Positions 1 to 11,680 of a DNA stretch of 64,000 nt are shown here, one piece after another; the first letter of the stretch is position 1; each line of letters opens with the position of its first letter. The DNA comes from Harriotta raleighana (Eukaryota). The stretch spans positions 3,621,280-3,685,279 of the forward strand of contig JBNZDD010013698.1 in assembly GCA_050575255.1 (NCBI GenBank), read 5' to 3'. The notes beneath the pieces are model-generated. The model had not been told where the DNA came from. It worked only from the letters and a program-made list of their open reading frames with translations, and made no database searches. The position numbers and the translations under genes are program-made.

Positions 1-628
1 CAATAAGTGCTGAGTGGCTTCCTTGTGGTTATTGTTTCAGTGTAATAATGTCACAAGCTTGTTATTTGGTTCTATTGTACAAGTGGAACATTTTCAGAAC
101 TTCCAATCTGGCACATGGACTCAGTGAAATAAATCCTTCTGTACGTGTGTTGAAAATGTTGCAATGAAAAAAAATTCAAGTGTGCTTGTCAAGTTTATGG
201 TATCCTGAAGCATGCGGTATAGATGCAAATTGTTGTTAATGTCAAATATCAAAAACTAAGTTTAAAGTTAAACTGGTAACTTTGACTACGAGTGGTAAGT
301 GTGAAAGAAATATTTGTGTAAAATATCTGCAAGCTCAAGTTATACACATCTGGCCCAGTAGAATTACCTGCAATGTACTACATTTGTCACCAATCGATTA
401 ATTCAACTGTAATTGCCTTCATTCACATGTGCTTGGAGATGATTTACACAACTCATAAAATAGAACTCATAAAATAGACCTCCACACAACTGAGATTACA
501 AAATAGAGCAGTTTCTGATATCAATCGCATTGATTGTTCATATGTTATATGCCAGGCAGGAATAAAACATATTAAAATTAAACCTAATGGGCTGCCCTCT
601 AATACCTCTCTGGATAATGTGTGCAATA

Positions 629-1328
629 CAGGCAGTCCTCAAGTTACGTCAGGGTTAGGTTCCTAAGATGTGGTGTAAGTCGAATTTGTATGTAAGTCGA
701 GTCACCCCCCTATAATGCTTACAGTAACATACAGTGATTGGTTGTAGTGTATAGTGAGCTGCCCTCTCTCCCCTGCACCCCTCCTAATATGTACAGTGCT
801 GTAAATAAAATAAAATATTACTGTGTACTTACATGGCTTCATTGTGAGTCTGGCACTCGATGTAGCGCAACACAGGAGATCACACGCGATGTAGCGCAAC
901 GCAGGAGATCACACGCGATGTAGCGCAACGCAGATCACATGCGACATAGCGCAACGCAGGAGATCACATGTGACGTAGCGCAACGCAGATCACACATGAC
1001 GTAGCGCAACGCAGATCACACGTGACGTAGTGCAGTCTAAAGGCTGGAGAGTACTGTCCCGCCGAGCTCACAGACTCACACAGTACCTGTACAGTACACA
1101 CTCGCGTCTCGCCTCCATCCTGTTCCTGTCCTGAACGCGTATTGTGGTCCCGTAAGTGTTGAGAGCGGCGACTCCAGTTTTCTATCGCGCGTGGGGCAAC
1201 TAAAGTATTCACATAGTAGTGTCGTAACTTCGAGAACTTGGATGTAACTCGGACGTAATTTTACTGATTTTAAGTGCCGTAACTTCAAATTGTCGTACCT
1301 CGAAACGTCGTAACTAGAGGACTGCCTG
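629..1328. mobile_element. Non-autonomous Tc1/mariner (pogo/Tigger-type) MITE, 700 bp
   Basis: Left TIR CAGGCAGTCCTCAAGTTACG (629-648) matches the reverse complement of the right end CGTAACTAGAGGACTGCCTG (1309-1328) at 19/20. TA target-site duplication at 627-628 and 1329-1330. Confidence 0.9.
858..1034. repeat. CpG-rich minisatellite inside the MITE, 26/29-bp unit, about 6.5 copies
   Basis: Repeated unit (C/T)GA(T/C)GTAGCGCAACGCAG(GAG)ATCACA(C/T)G read directly from the sequence. Confidence 0.9.
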
Positions 1329-2221
1329 TACTTAACAATATAGACCAGAAAATCGCAGTTTTGAATCCTGGTCTGTGCTTAGTTATCTGATTTTAGTTGC
1401 GGCATTACAATTATAATACAACAACAACAAAATTACATTCGTGTAGAGCCTTTCACATCGAGAGGACGTCCCAAGGAGCTGCACAGTCAGGTCGGGACTC
1501 AAGCAAGGGGAGAGCAACACATTCCTGAGTTAGGAGGGAAACATCAGCCAGTAATTCCAGCTTTGAACACTATCCATATGACCACAGACATTTACTGTCA
1601 TTTACAAAAGAAGACTGCTCAGCCCATCGCGTCTGTGCTGGTTCTTTTAAGAGCAAAAGATTCCACCTGGAAGTATGGTGCACCTCATGGAAAGTTTCTG
1701 TAAAATATTACCATATATTTTAATTAAATAAACTATCAGCCAATTTGGCATAGCTTTGTCCCATGGTGGGTAAGAACAGGATTGGCCTTGACTAAGATGA
1801 TTACCTAGACTGAATAACTTGCCAATACTGTACTCAGTTGAGGCTTGAACATGACTAGTAACTATTTTGGCAAGGTACGTGATAGTAACAAACTTTCCAA
1901 GGTAAAGCATGGCTTTCAGGAGAGGAGTAGGAATTGTGAAGAAAAAGAGTGCAGAATATTTGTATCATTTTTTTAATTTGGCAATTTTACTCATAACAAA
2001 ACTGATGTGAACTTTTTTCAGCAAGAAAGAAAGGTATATCTGAGCATACGAAAACCTTATATCCCTCACAGCATGTACTGATTGATCGAAGGAAATTCAC
2101 TAACAGTGAGAACACACAACGTTATCACAAGGCTTATTCAGCATATTCCTACAAATGTGCTACAGGAAAAAAGAATCATACTTAAACCAATACACTTTAT
2201 TGTGATTTGTCTTCCAGCCTC

Positions 2222-3317
2222 CGCACAGTCTCATGAGGTGTTCCTCAGGAATCTACTCTCTTCAACCTCCACATGCTTGGTGACATCGTCCGCAAACATG
2301 GGGTCAATTTCCACATGTATTGGATGACAGACACCCAACGCTATCTCTCTGCCTCCACCCTTGATTCCAGGACAACTGATGTGCTGACAGACTGTGTGTC
2401 TGACATCAAGTCCTGGATGAGAGACAATTTTCTACAGCTGAATGTCAATAAGACCGAGGCCCTCCTGATTGGGTTGCACCAATGCTTCAGCACTGCAGGC
2501 ATTGGTAGCATCAGCATCCACAAAAGCACACTCCACTGCATCAAGGCAGTTAGGAACCTGAGCGTCTTGTTCAACCCTCAACTGTCCTTTCTCTCCCATA
2601 TCCGTGCTATGACCTGCTATGCTTTCCACCACCTCCACAACATCACCCGACTCTGCGACTGCCTCATCCCTCAGGCTGACGAAACCCTCAGACACGCATT
2701 CTTCATGTCAAGGCTCAACTCCAGAAACTTTCTCCTTGCTGGCCTCCCCAACTCTACCCTCCACAAGCTGCAAATCATCTACAACACTGCAGCATGTGTC
2801 CTCTCCCACACCAGGCTCCGTGATCCCATCATCCCCACCCTCGCCCGGCTTCACTGGCTCCCCAATCCCTCAGAGAAATTAAAAATCCTCTACTTCACTT
2901 TCAAGCACCTCCACAGCCTTGCCCTCTCCTACACCTATGAACTGCTATCCCCTTACCAATCTGTCCGCTCCCTCTGTTCGGTGGGCTCCAGCCTGCTCAA
3001 TGTCCCCCACCAGGCCCGTCCTACCATCAGCGGCCGAGCTTTCAGTCTCTCTGTCACCACTCTTTGGAACTCCATCCCAAAATCCCTTTTCCTTGCTCCC
3101 TCTCTTGCCTCCTTCAGTGTCTGACTCAAGATCCACCTTTTTGACCATTCCTTCAGTCGCCATCCCACATCCTCTGCCCACCCTTATTCCAGCCCTGCCC
3201 ACACCTCCCCCCCTCCCCCCACGCCCCCAATGCTCGGGCTCTGATCCCCGACTGTTCAGTGCATTAGTATGTATTCCCGATGTGAAAGGCGCTTTACAAA
3301 TGCAATTTTGTTGTTGT
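2222..3317 (+). mobile_element. L2-clade LINE, 5'-truncated (RT C-terminal half and 3' UTR)
   Basis: ORF 2273-3124 has L2 ORF2 motifs (decayed YADD region FHMYWMTDTQ, WMRDNFLQLNVNKTE, LHWLP, GRAFS..LWNSIP). Ends GTGAAAGGCGCTTTACAAATGCAATTTTG(TTG)n. Confidence 0.9.
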
Positions 3318-3591
3318 GCCGATATGTATCTTGTGTAGTTCTCTGCATCACCACTTCAAATTGCTCCCACTATCAAAAGAGTAACAGACCTGTACGCACC
3401 TGTAACTCACCCTTGTGTTACACCCAATTGAAAGGACAAAGCTTGTTATTGTTTTGTAGGGAATCTCTCACAGTTCAAACAGACATTATGCAAAAATATC
3501 CGACACTCATTGGTGTGTTAGGCTTTACTGACAGCCTCGTGAATAAAAAGCTGGTATCTGCTGCTATGCAAAAACTTTGTACGCCTAGCAT

Positions 3592-4150
3592 TACATAAGA
3601 ACATAAGAATTAGGAGCAGGAGGAGGCCATTCGGCCCTTCGAGCCTGCCCCGCCATTCAATAAGATCATGGTTGATCTTCTAACCCAACTGCCCAACCTG
3701 CCCTGTCCCTATATTCTCTAATCCCTCTATTATTTAAAAATCTATCAGTCTCAGCCTTGAAAATGTTCGAGGACTGAGCATCTACAGCCCTTCTGGGAAG
3801 AGATGTTTCCTCAACTCTGTTCTAAAAGGCTGACCTTTAATTTTAAGATTGTGACCCCTGGTTATAGATTCTCCTACCAGGGGAAACAGTCCCTCAGCAT
3901 CTACTTTATCCAGCCCTTTAAGAATCTTATATGTTTCAATAAGATCCCCCCCTAACTCTTCTGTACTCTGGAGAATACAGCCCTAGTTTACTCAACCTAT
4001 CCTCATAGGTCAGTCCCCTCATCCCAGGAACTAACCTAGTGAATCTACGCTGCACCCCCTCTAAGGCAAGTATGTCCTTTTTTAAATAAGGAGACCAAAA
4101 CTGCACACAATACTCTAGGTGTGGTCTCACCAAAGCCCTATACACTGTAG
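3592..4150 (-). mobile_element. CR1 LINE 3' fragment
   Basis: [44 protein letters not shown] is a typical CR1 ORF2 C-terminus. The 3' tail (TTCTTATG)n and GAATGGCCTCCT motif lie on the minus strand. Confidence 0.92.
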
Positions 4151-6071
4151 TGATGTTGATAACACTGATTATAAAATATGGACAGGGCCACTTTCAAGAA
4201 AACAACATCAGGATTTTGTAAAGATACAATCATATATATATATCATCCAGTTTACAGAAATGTAACTAACCTCAAAAAAAAGATCAAATCTCCAGATTTG
4301 TCAGAGGCAACTTTGTTAGCAATAAATTAATTTTAGAATGCTCTTGTCATTGCCTATATCTGGCCCCTTTTCCGGTAGGTCTTATATATTTATGAGATTC
4401 ATAGTTTTGATGACTGATTTGGCCTTTTTTCTAACATAAAATGTCACACTGGAATATTGAACATGTTAAAATGGAGCCAAGGCCTGTGTAGGATGTCACA
4501 TAAAACACATTGCTTCAAATTACAATATGCCACGAATCCCACACTGAGAGGACCCCCAAAAGCAAAAATAATCAATTACATTATCATTCATTTGGCTTTT
4601 TGAATAAAAAAAACTCTCTTGGCTGAAGAGGTGCAGTGTTTTCTCTTGCTACATGTGAATTCTGGTCTTCAAGGTGTTAGTGCTGAAACCCAGTGCATAT
4701 AATACTTTCAGCATAAACGTGCAGTTGCCTCACACCTCTTCACAATAATCTCTCAAGCAATGAAATATCTTGCTGCATTCTAGCCAAATGTAGAACCAGT
4801 GTGGATGAAACAACAATTAATATGTGAAAATATCCCATTGTTTTAAGCGCTACTTAATCGTATTAATCAATGTAAAGGCTTTAATTTTCTGTGCAACAGA
4901 CAGCTGAACGCCCAATGAAGGACACAAGGCCTTAGGTCACAGTTGGATCAGGGATGTAGGTTTTAATTGTTGACACTAACAGTAAAGTCTGGTGGGCGGC
5001 AATGAAAATATACAGTGCTTAGGGAGTCAAGTACAATGTGAACCAATCACTGATTATGCACTACTTGTTTGGAATTTTGTTGAGAGATGATTTTTTGAGA
5101 TGGTTATATTCACGACATAAAAAAGAAGCAATTTAGTAATTAATATAATTGAAAAAACACATTTAGTGATGAAATTGCGGATCATCGAAAAATGCAAAAT
5201 GTTATGGAAATTCAGCCTTAAACAACAGAGTGCAGATATGATGGAACCTGTCCAGCAAAATTACCTTCAGACAAATTGAACAGAAACTGTTTTCTATGTG
5301 GGTGTCTCTGGGCACATATACCTTACAGTTTCACAGCCAATTTTTAAGTCATTTATTTGTATCTTTTATTCTCAACTCATTTCATAACTTTTTATTTTGT
5401 TCTCAGCTTAAAGCAAAAAGTTTTTTTTGGAAAGCTTGTTTCTTTCCCACAGCGCTCATCAAATGCACAAGGAATATGGCCAAATCTCTTACGCTTTCTT
5501 TTTTCACTCAGCATGTATATAAATTGTCTTTGTCCTCTTAATGCTCCTCTTCTATTGCTGGTGTCATTGTGTCAATGCCGCAACACCTCCAAGAGAGTCG
5601 TTAATGGTGGGAAACCTAAGGATTAGACTTCCTCTCCAAATCACTCTTGCCGTAGGTTATGTAGTTTCACCAGACCAGTGCCAAATCATGGTGAGCTATT
5701 AGCATTTTTCTGAACAGCTATTAAAAAGCTGGTTGTGAACCTAGCTCTCTAATCATATTTTGTCTACAAAAACATTCACGACATTTGACAGTAAATACCT
5801 ATGAAATGCCATGAGATGTTTAAACTTCATAAAGAGATATAAAAATAGATAGTAGAGGCTTAAAGGCAGCTCATTGGACTGTAAACCTTTAAACTTGATT
5901 TTTTTCAAGTTTGAAACCTCATTGAAATCTGCAGTTAACGGGATTTATACTGCTGCTGAGGAATAGACTCTATTTCTGAACCCAAGGCATGGTTTTGGAA
6001 GCAGAGCTGCGAATCAAATTGATGCCCCTATTGTCAGCCATATTTGGAAAGTAAACTTAGAGTGAAATTTC

Positions 6072-6357
6072 GTGGAGTCTTGTAGCTCAATAGTTATAGC
6101 ACTCAGCTCAATTCCAGGCAGGACGAAACCTTGGGCAAGTTTCCTTACTCCACACGCCTGATAATAATCCCTCATAAAAAACAATAATTAATTGGTCATT
6201 TCAATCCACGACTGTATGTGGGACACTGCTGTGCGTTATTGACTACCGCATTTCGCCCACATATATAGTCAATTCACTTTACAGTATATTCTGTGAAGTG
6301 CTTTGAGACATCTCAAAGAGGTGAAAGGGCTATATCAAATGCAGGGATTATTATTAC
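6072..6357 (+). mobile_element. tRNA-derived DeuSINE-type SINE with an L2-like 3' tail
   Basis: A-box-like head GGAGTCTTGTAGCTCAATAGTTATAGCAC, Deu-like core TGTGGGACACTGCTGTGCG..GACTACCGCATTTCGCC, tail ATCAAATGCAGGGATTATTATTA. Many near-identical copies occur in the window. Confidence 0.85.
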
Positions 6358-7574
6358 AGTATTAAATCACTGGTAAAACTGCATTAGAAATGGGTGTTAA
6401 GATAGATAGAGAGGGGGAGATGACTGAGAAACCACAGTACAGTACTTCAAAATAATTTGAATGACTTAAAATTGTGCCTCCCAACCCTGACGAGTTTTGG
6501 CACCTGACCCTACTGACATTTATTTCTGTATATCTCCAATTGAGCATCTTCGAAATGACAGACTTCCAAAATAAAGCCAGTTGTCAGCCTAGATCCGCTG
6601 GTAGCACTCTCATCTAAATCAGAATAGTGCAGATTCACATTGGAGCTCACGTTGGGACTTTGAACTCACAGTCTAAGGCTGACACTTCAATGTAATGCTG
6701 GGAATATGTTACATTGTTGGAGGTACTATCTTTCAGCTGAGACATTAAATTGAGGTTCCTTCCATTGCTTATTGGGAGTTTTTCATTCACGGACCATCAG
6801 CAGCAGGTACAGAAAGGAAGTTGGCCCATATTGTGTTATGTTCCTCAGATAACCATATAAACCTACGAAATACAGTTACTACACCTTACACTAAATTCCC
6901 GTGATGTGTTCCTGTGATTCAGTACATTCAATACAAGAATTATTATCATGATTATTATCATAACCATTCCTGTATTGTTCTTGTATTTCAAAATGTAAAA
7001 CATGATGTGTAGTTGAATGCACTTATTTATGACCTGAGCTAGTTGAATTGGAATTAAATATTGTATCATTAAAATATATCAAATTAATTTGACAATAAAT
7101 TTGTTTCTGATTTTCGGGGAGTATCCTCATTCCTTGCATGTAGATATAACGGAGAAAGTGAAATAGCGAAGCTGTTACTGTGACTTGACCTGACTGGTCA
7201 ACAGGGGATAAGAAAGATCGGGTTGAGAAGATGCCATTGCTTCTAGGAGGAGTGTCATTTGTTTTTTACTGCCGTGCTGAATAAATTTCTCACAGAGCCA
7301 ATCTGCTCCAGCAACTGGCCTCATCTAATCTGTTGTGATATTGAAGAATATTTGAATGTCTCCCTATATCTGGATAAGATAGAACTGTCGATTGTCAATG
7401 ATATTTTGAGGAGCCCAACATACAAGGTTAATGTCCTCCAATGTAAGGCTGGTGTTATTGGAAGTGATCAGAGCAAGAGCCTCTCTTCTGTGGCTAATAC
7501 AACAACAATGACAAAATTACATTTGTATAGCACCTTTCACATCGGGAGGGCGTCCCGAGGCGCTGGAACAAGGT

Positions 7575-7990
7575 AGAAACGGCATGTGGCTGGGGAAATA
7601 TAATAAGATTAACAAGACTGTGGCTCTGTGATTTCCTTCCACTTGTTCTAGAGGCGAGAAAATAACCAGAATGTGTAAAGGAGAGAAGCCCCCTGGCCAT
7701 AGCTTCACCAGCATTCATGTCTCGGTTTTGGGCAGAAGATTTTGGAACCTGTGGGGACCAGGTGCGCTTAGCATAGGATTTGAAACAGGCCTTCCCTCAA
7801 GGCAGATGTCACAAAGAACAGGTGTTAGACGAACCGCAAGTCCCAGTTTGGTTTTGTAGGGTGAAGGTCTCTCTCCCAACTGAGATCTCTCCCTTTGCCA
7901 AGAGCAAATACTGTCCCCAAGAGCATCAACAAATTCAAGTTAACTCCAAAAAGTGTGTAATTCTTATACGACTCTATTTCCAATTCAATA
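7575..7990 (-). mobile_element. Ancient, decayed RTE-like LINE RT fragment
   Basis: Minus-strand frames give remnants resembling the RTE RT C-terminus (ET(W)ML, NKWKEITE, LGDSI), with stops and frameshifts. Confidence 0.4.
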
Positions 7991-8744
7991 AATAATTGAT
8001 TAAAAACTGATAGCAATTGACAAGTTTATAAGACTGGAGCAGAGATTCCACCCGGGTTTAGATTTACACTCTTTTAGCATTTCAAAGTATGCAGAATTTG
8101 ATAAAACCTGTAATTCTTTTATGAATTACAGGAAAGAAAACACTGGAGTGGATTGTAACATGCTGAGAAATGAGACTAAATCTAGACTCGATTTATATTT
8201 ACTCCCCAAAATTTCAAGGAAATATATATTATCCACAAAGCTGAGCAATGGGTCTCCAGCTCAGACTGTGGTGTCAGAACTGTCAAGACTTGTCAAGATG
8301 ATACACCTTATTCATATCCTCCAATTTCTGTTGCTCTATAGCTCCCCTTACACTGAGTACCAGATAATGACAATCCCTCTAGATATTTACTGTCATGCAT
8401 TTCTCTACATTTACTATTGCCATGAAACTATAAATTCAGGTTTGCAGGTCAGGAAACTCCAGCTTATTGGTGCACTGCAGCTTCCTAAACAATTTTCTAT
8501 TTTTATTAGAACTCTAAAACAGATCAAACCTCTCCTGCTACATGATCCCATGCTCGAATCTGTACTGAAATCAAAGCTTTGAGCCCCTTCAGTGTGTGAT
8601 TCTTATTTTGACCAGCTGATTGTAGAAACCATTCCTTGGAAGAGTGGGTACTAGAAGTCTCTAGTAAAAACTCTCTCTTCCCAACAAGTCACTATTGGGG
8701 AGAAATTCCACCTGTGCTTAATTTATTCTTTTAGTGTAGTATTT

Positions 8745-8993
8745 CTTTTTTCGGCCTTGCTGCCCCATTCTCTGGAACTCCATCCCACAGTCCCTTCACC
8801 TCGCTTTCTCCCTTGCCTCCTTCAAGGCTGGTCTCAAGACCCTCCTCTTCAATTGTGCTTCTGCTGTCCTCCCCACTCTCTCCCTCCTCTCATAACTCTC
8901 TCCCACACTACTCATTCTGCTCAGGACCTTGACTGTTCAGCACCTTGGGACATCCTCCCAACGTGAAAGGCTCTCTTTAAATGTAATTTGTTG
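8745..8993 (+). mobile_element. L2 3' end fragment
   Basis: CTCTGGAACTCCATCCC...CCTTGGGACATCCTCCCAACGTGAAAGGCTCT..AAATGTAATTTGTTG matches the 3' end of the 2.2-kb L2. Confidence 0.8.
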
Positions 8994-9814
8994 TCTAGAG
9001 CATTCTGAATTTTGAAAGTTGAATTCAGTCTTCTCTACTACAGCACTGAAGGAGTACTGCTTTCTCAGAGTAGCCATCCTTGGATGTGATGGGAACAACA
9101 ACAACTATTTGCATTTATATAGCCCCCTAAAGATAGAGCCAGGTCTTGGAGCACTTTATAAGGATGGTGGCAGACACCAAGCAAGGGGAGGAGGGCATAA
9201 GCACATCGAAAGAAGTAGATTTAAAGGAGCCAGGAGAAAATAACAACAACAACGTTACACTTGTATAGCGCTTTTCACATCAGGAGTACATCCCAAGGTG
9301 TTGGAAATACAGCAGGAAAAAAGGGGAAATGGAAAGGAAAAGAGTCCCCTGTCCCCCCACCCCCTGATCAAAAAAGGTTCATTCACCTCCTGATTCTTTG
9401 GGGGACACTGCTGTGCCCAAACTGGTTGTCACATTTGTGTACAAAAGAAACAGTCACAATAACAGGAAAACTCTGATGCGCTTTGAGACATTCTGATGCA
9501 AGACTCTGGGTAAAATGTAGGGATTATTATATTTATGTCTAATATCATCTTTTCAATAAAAGTCTTATCTAAGAAATGCTTCCTTTTAAATCAAATATAC
9601 CAAACTCTGCGATTTAGGTTTAGAACTTCAATGTTCTGCCCAAATTTGATGCCAGGAATGAATTTATCAAATCTAAGCAGAATCTCACAATGAATTATAG
9701 GTCACAAAATTAGACTTATGCTTCACTGCTCCGGCTTCCCTCCTCAGTGTTGTTCTTCTATACTCATTGCAAAATGTTATAATCTGCCATAGTGTCCGAA
9801 CATTGATGATTCAG

Positions 9815-10145
9815 TCTTGAGAGATGATGGCTCAGAGAGGACTTTATGGAAGCATATAAAAGGTTCAATGGGATTACAAAAATAAACTCAGATCAATACT
9901 TTAGGATTCATCAGACAGTAGAACAAAAGGACAGGTTTAGAATTGCAAAGGGAAATTCAGGACAGATATCAGGAAGTTTTTTTTTTACTCAGGGTGCAAT
10001 TAATGTCTAGAATGGGTTGCCAGGGAGGGTGATTGATGTGGTTGATACCGAACTCATTTAAAAAACAGCTTGATGCTATGATGGGGGAATGTTAGGATGG
10101 AGGTTCTAGAAAAATGAGATTGGATGGGCTGATAGGCCTTTATCC
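9815..10145 (+). mobile_element. Old CR1 3' fragment
   Basis: AAATTCAGGACAGATATCAGGAAGTTTTTTTTTACTCAGGGTG..GGATGGGCTGATAGGCCT resembles the CR1 ORF2 end and 3' UTR. Confidence 0.65.
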
Positions 10146-11541
10146 AATCTAATTTGATGATATTGTGATCTAGGTTCTATCAACCTTTATTCCTGCCACT
10201 GATCAGATCCTGCTGCCTTGTATACATAGGTCTGTTTTCTGCACATTTCTAAATCCTACCACTTCACTGCCCCAATCTCACAGCCAGAGTGGTTCTGGAT
10301 TTATTTTATTTTCTTACCATTTAGGAGCATTCCGAATTTAGAAAATTGTTGTATTCAATTTTAACTTTAAATTAATGTTTTCATAGTTTTTCAAAGTTGA
10401 TGGAATATTGGCTCAGAATCAAGACAAATATCTTATGCTTTAAAACATTGAGAGAATAGAGTAAATCCTGCAGCCAGATACCTTTTGTACCCCAGTGTTC
10501 TCCCAGAAACATTACTGAACTGATGTAGCTTTTAAGACTGTGTTAAAGAGCTAAAATCGAGTCAATATACATTCCATTTCTTTTTCACATAACACTACAC
10601 TGCTACTAACACAAAATCTTGTATTCGCAAGCAAGAGCTGAGAAAATCTGATTTTTTCCTCTTCCAGTCAGTTGCTTTTGCTGAACAATGTTTTATTTTC
10701 ACTTCGACAGCTTTTGAAATCAGGATGAAAACCAGGAATAATTAGCACTTTCAAACTGGGCAGTAAACACAGGCTGACTTTGACAGATTCCCAAAGCACT
10801 TAGACCAAATCACCATTTCCTTCTGTCAAAACATATAATGTGGTATTAGCAAGGTATGTCAATGTATTAGCAAATGATGTACCTTCTACCTCAGAGTTAG
10901 AAATGGTTGCTATTATTTTAACTTGCATCAGTGTTTCCATAAAAGGCACACTGAAGTCAAATGCATTGCTTTCCAGCATCGTCACAAAAATAGCAATAAG
11001 TGTGGGTGAGAAACTAGGCATCTGAATAGATGAGTGACTATGTGGGTGAGAAACGGTGAGCACCTGTGTGGGTTAGAAACTCTGTAGGCAAGAGAATGAC
11101 TTGGCTTATTCTTCAGTGCAGTCAGGAAATTCGTATTCAAACTTATGTCTATTTCATTTATTTCTAATTTTATTCATTATGGGTCTAATTTGTGATGTTC
11201 ACAAATCCAATTCCTTGTGGCAGGCGCAATGTCTGACCTACGAAGTTTGTGGTGTCATCCTGGCTAAGTTGGAAACCAATACCAAAGGCGCTAGCTCTAT
11301 TAGATGCAAGGATATTTTTCATTAGATTTAGTATCGTCAGTCAAAAAGACGCGAAAGATGATCCATAAAGTAAATTACTGGTCGCAAATTGGCTTTTGCC
11401 AGGGTTAGCAATTTTATTTATCAAGTCTGTTAGCATTTCAACAACAAATTGCATTCAAATAGTGCGGAGCTGATATCCCACAATTTCAGATGATAAAATA
11501 GAATTGTAAATAATCTAGCGACTCAAAGCTTAGACGTCATC

Positions 11542-11680
11542 TTGCTAAAAGAAAACATGGCCAAGTTCTGGTTCATCTGGTCACTGACAACATCACTTCC
11601 TGTCTTATGCACAAGCGCATCTTGTGAAGTGATGCTGAGTGTGACCCTATGAACCAGAATTTGTCCATTTTGTTTAGCAG
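11542..11680. repeat. Imperfect ~140-bp palindrome (old MITE-like hairpin)
   Basis: Left arm ATGGCCAAGTTCTGGTTCATCTGGTCACTGACAACATCACTTC vs reverse complement of the right arm ATGGACAAATTCTGGTTCATAGGGTCACACTCAGCATCACTTC. Confidence 0.75.

Noticed and set aside
858-1034. CRISPR-like appearance of the regular short repeats
   Set aside because: Head-to-tail units without unique spacers, inside a MITE in a vertebrate genome, and no cas genes.
2273-3124. 283-aa ORF as a host gene
   Set aside because: 5'-truncated L2 ORF2 with a disrupted YADD motif.
10488-10512. Minus-strand FWEN followed by a GT, resembling the end of MSRA exon 4 (FWENHDPTQG)
   Set aside because: There is an in-frame TAA two codons upstream, no HDPT and no GHAEVV. 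Chance match; exon 4 was not found in the window.
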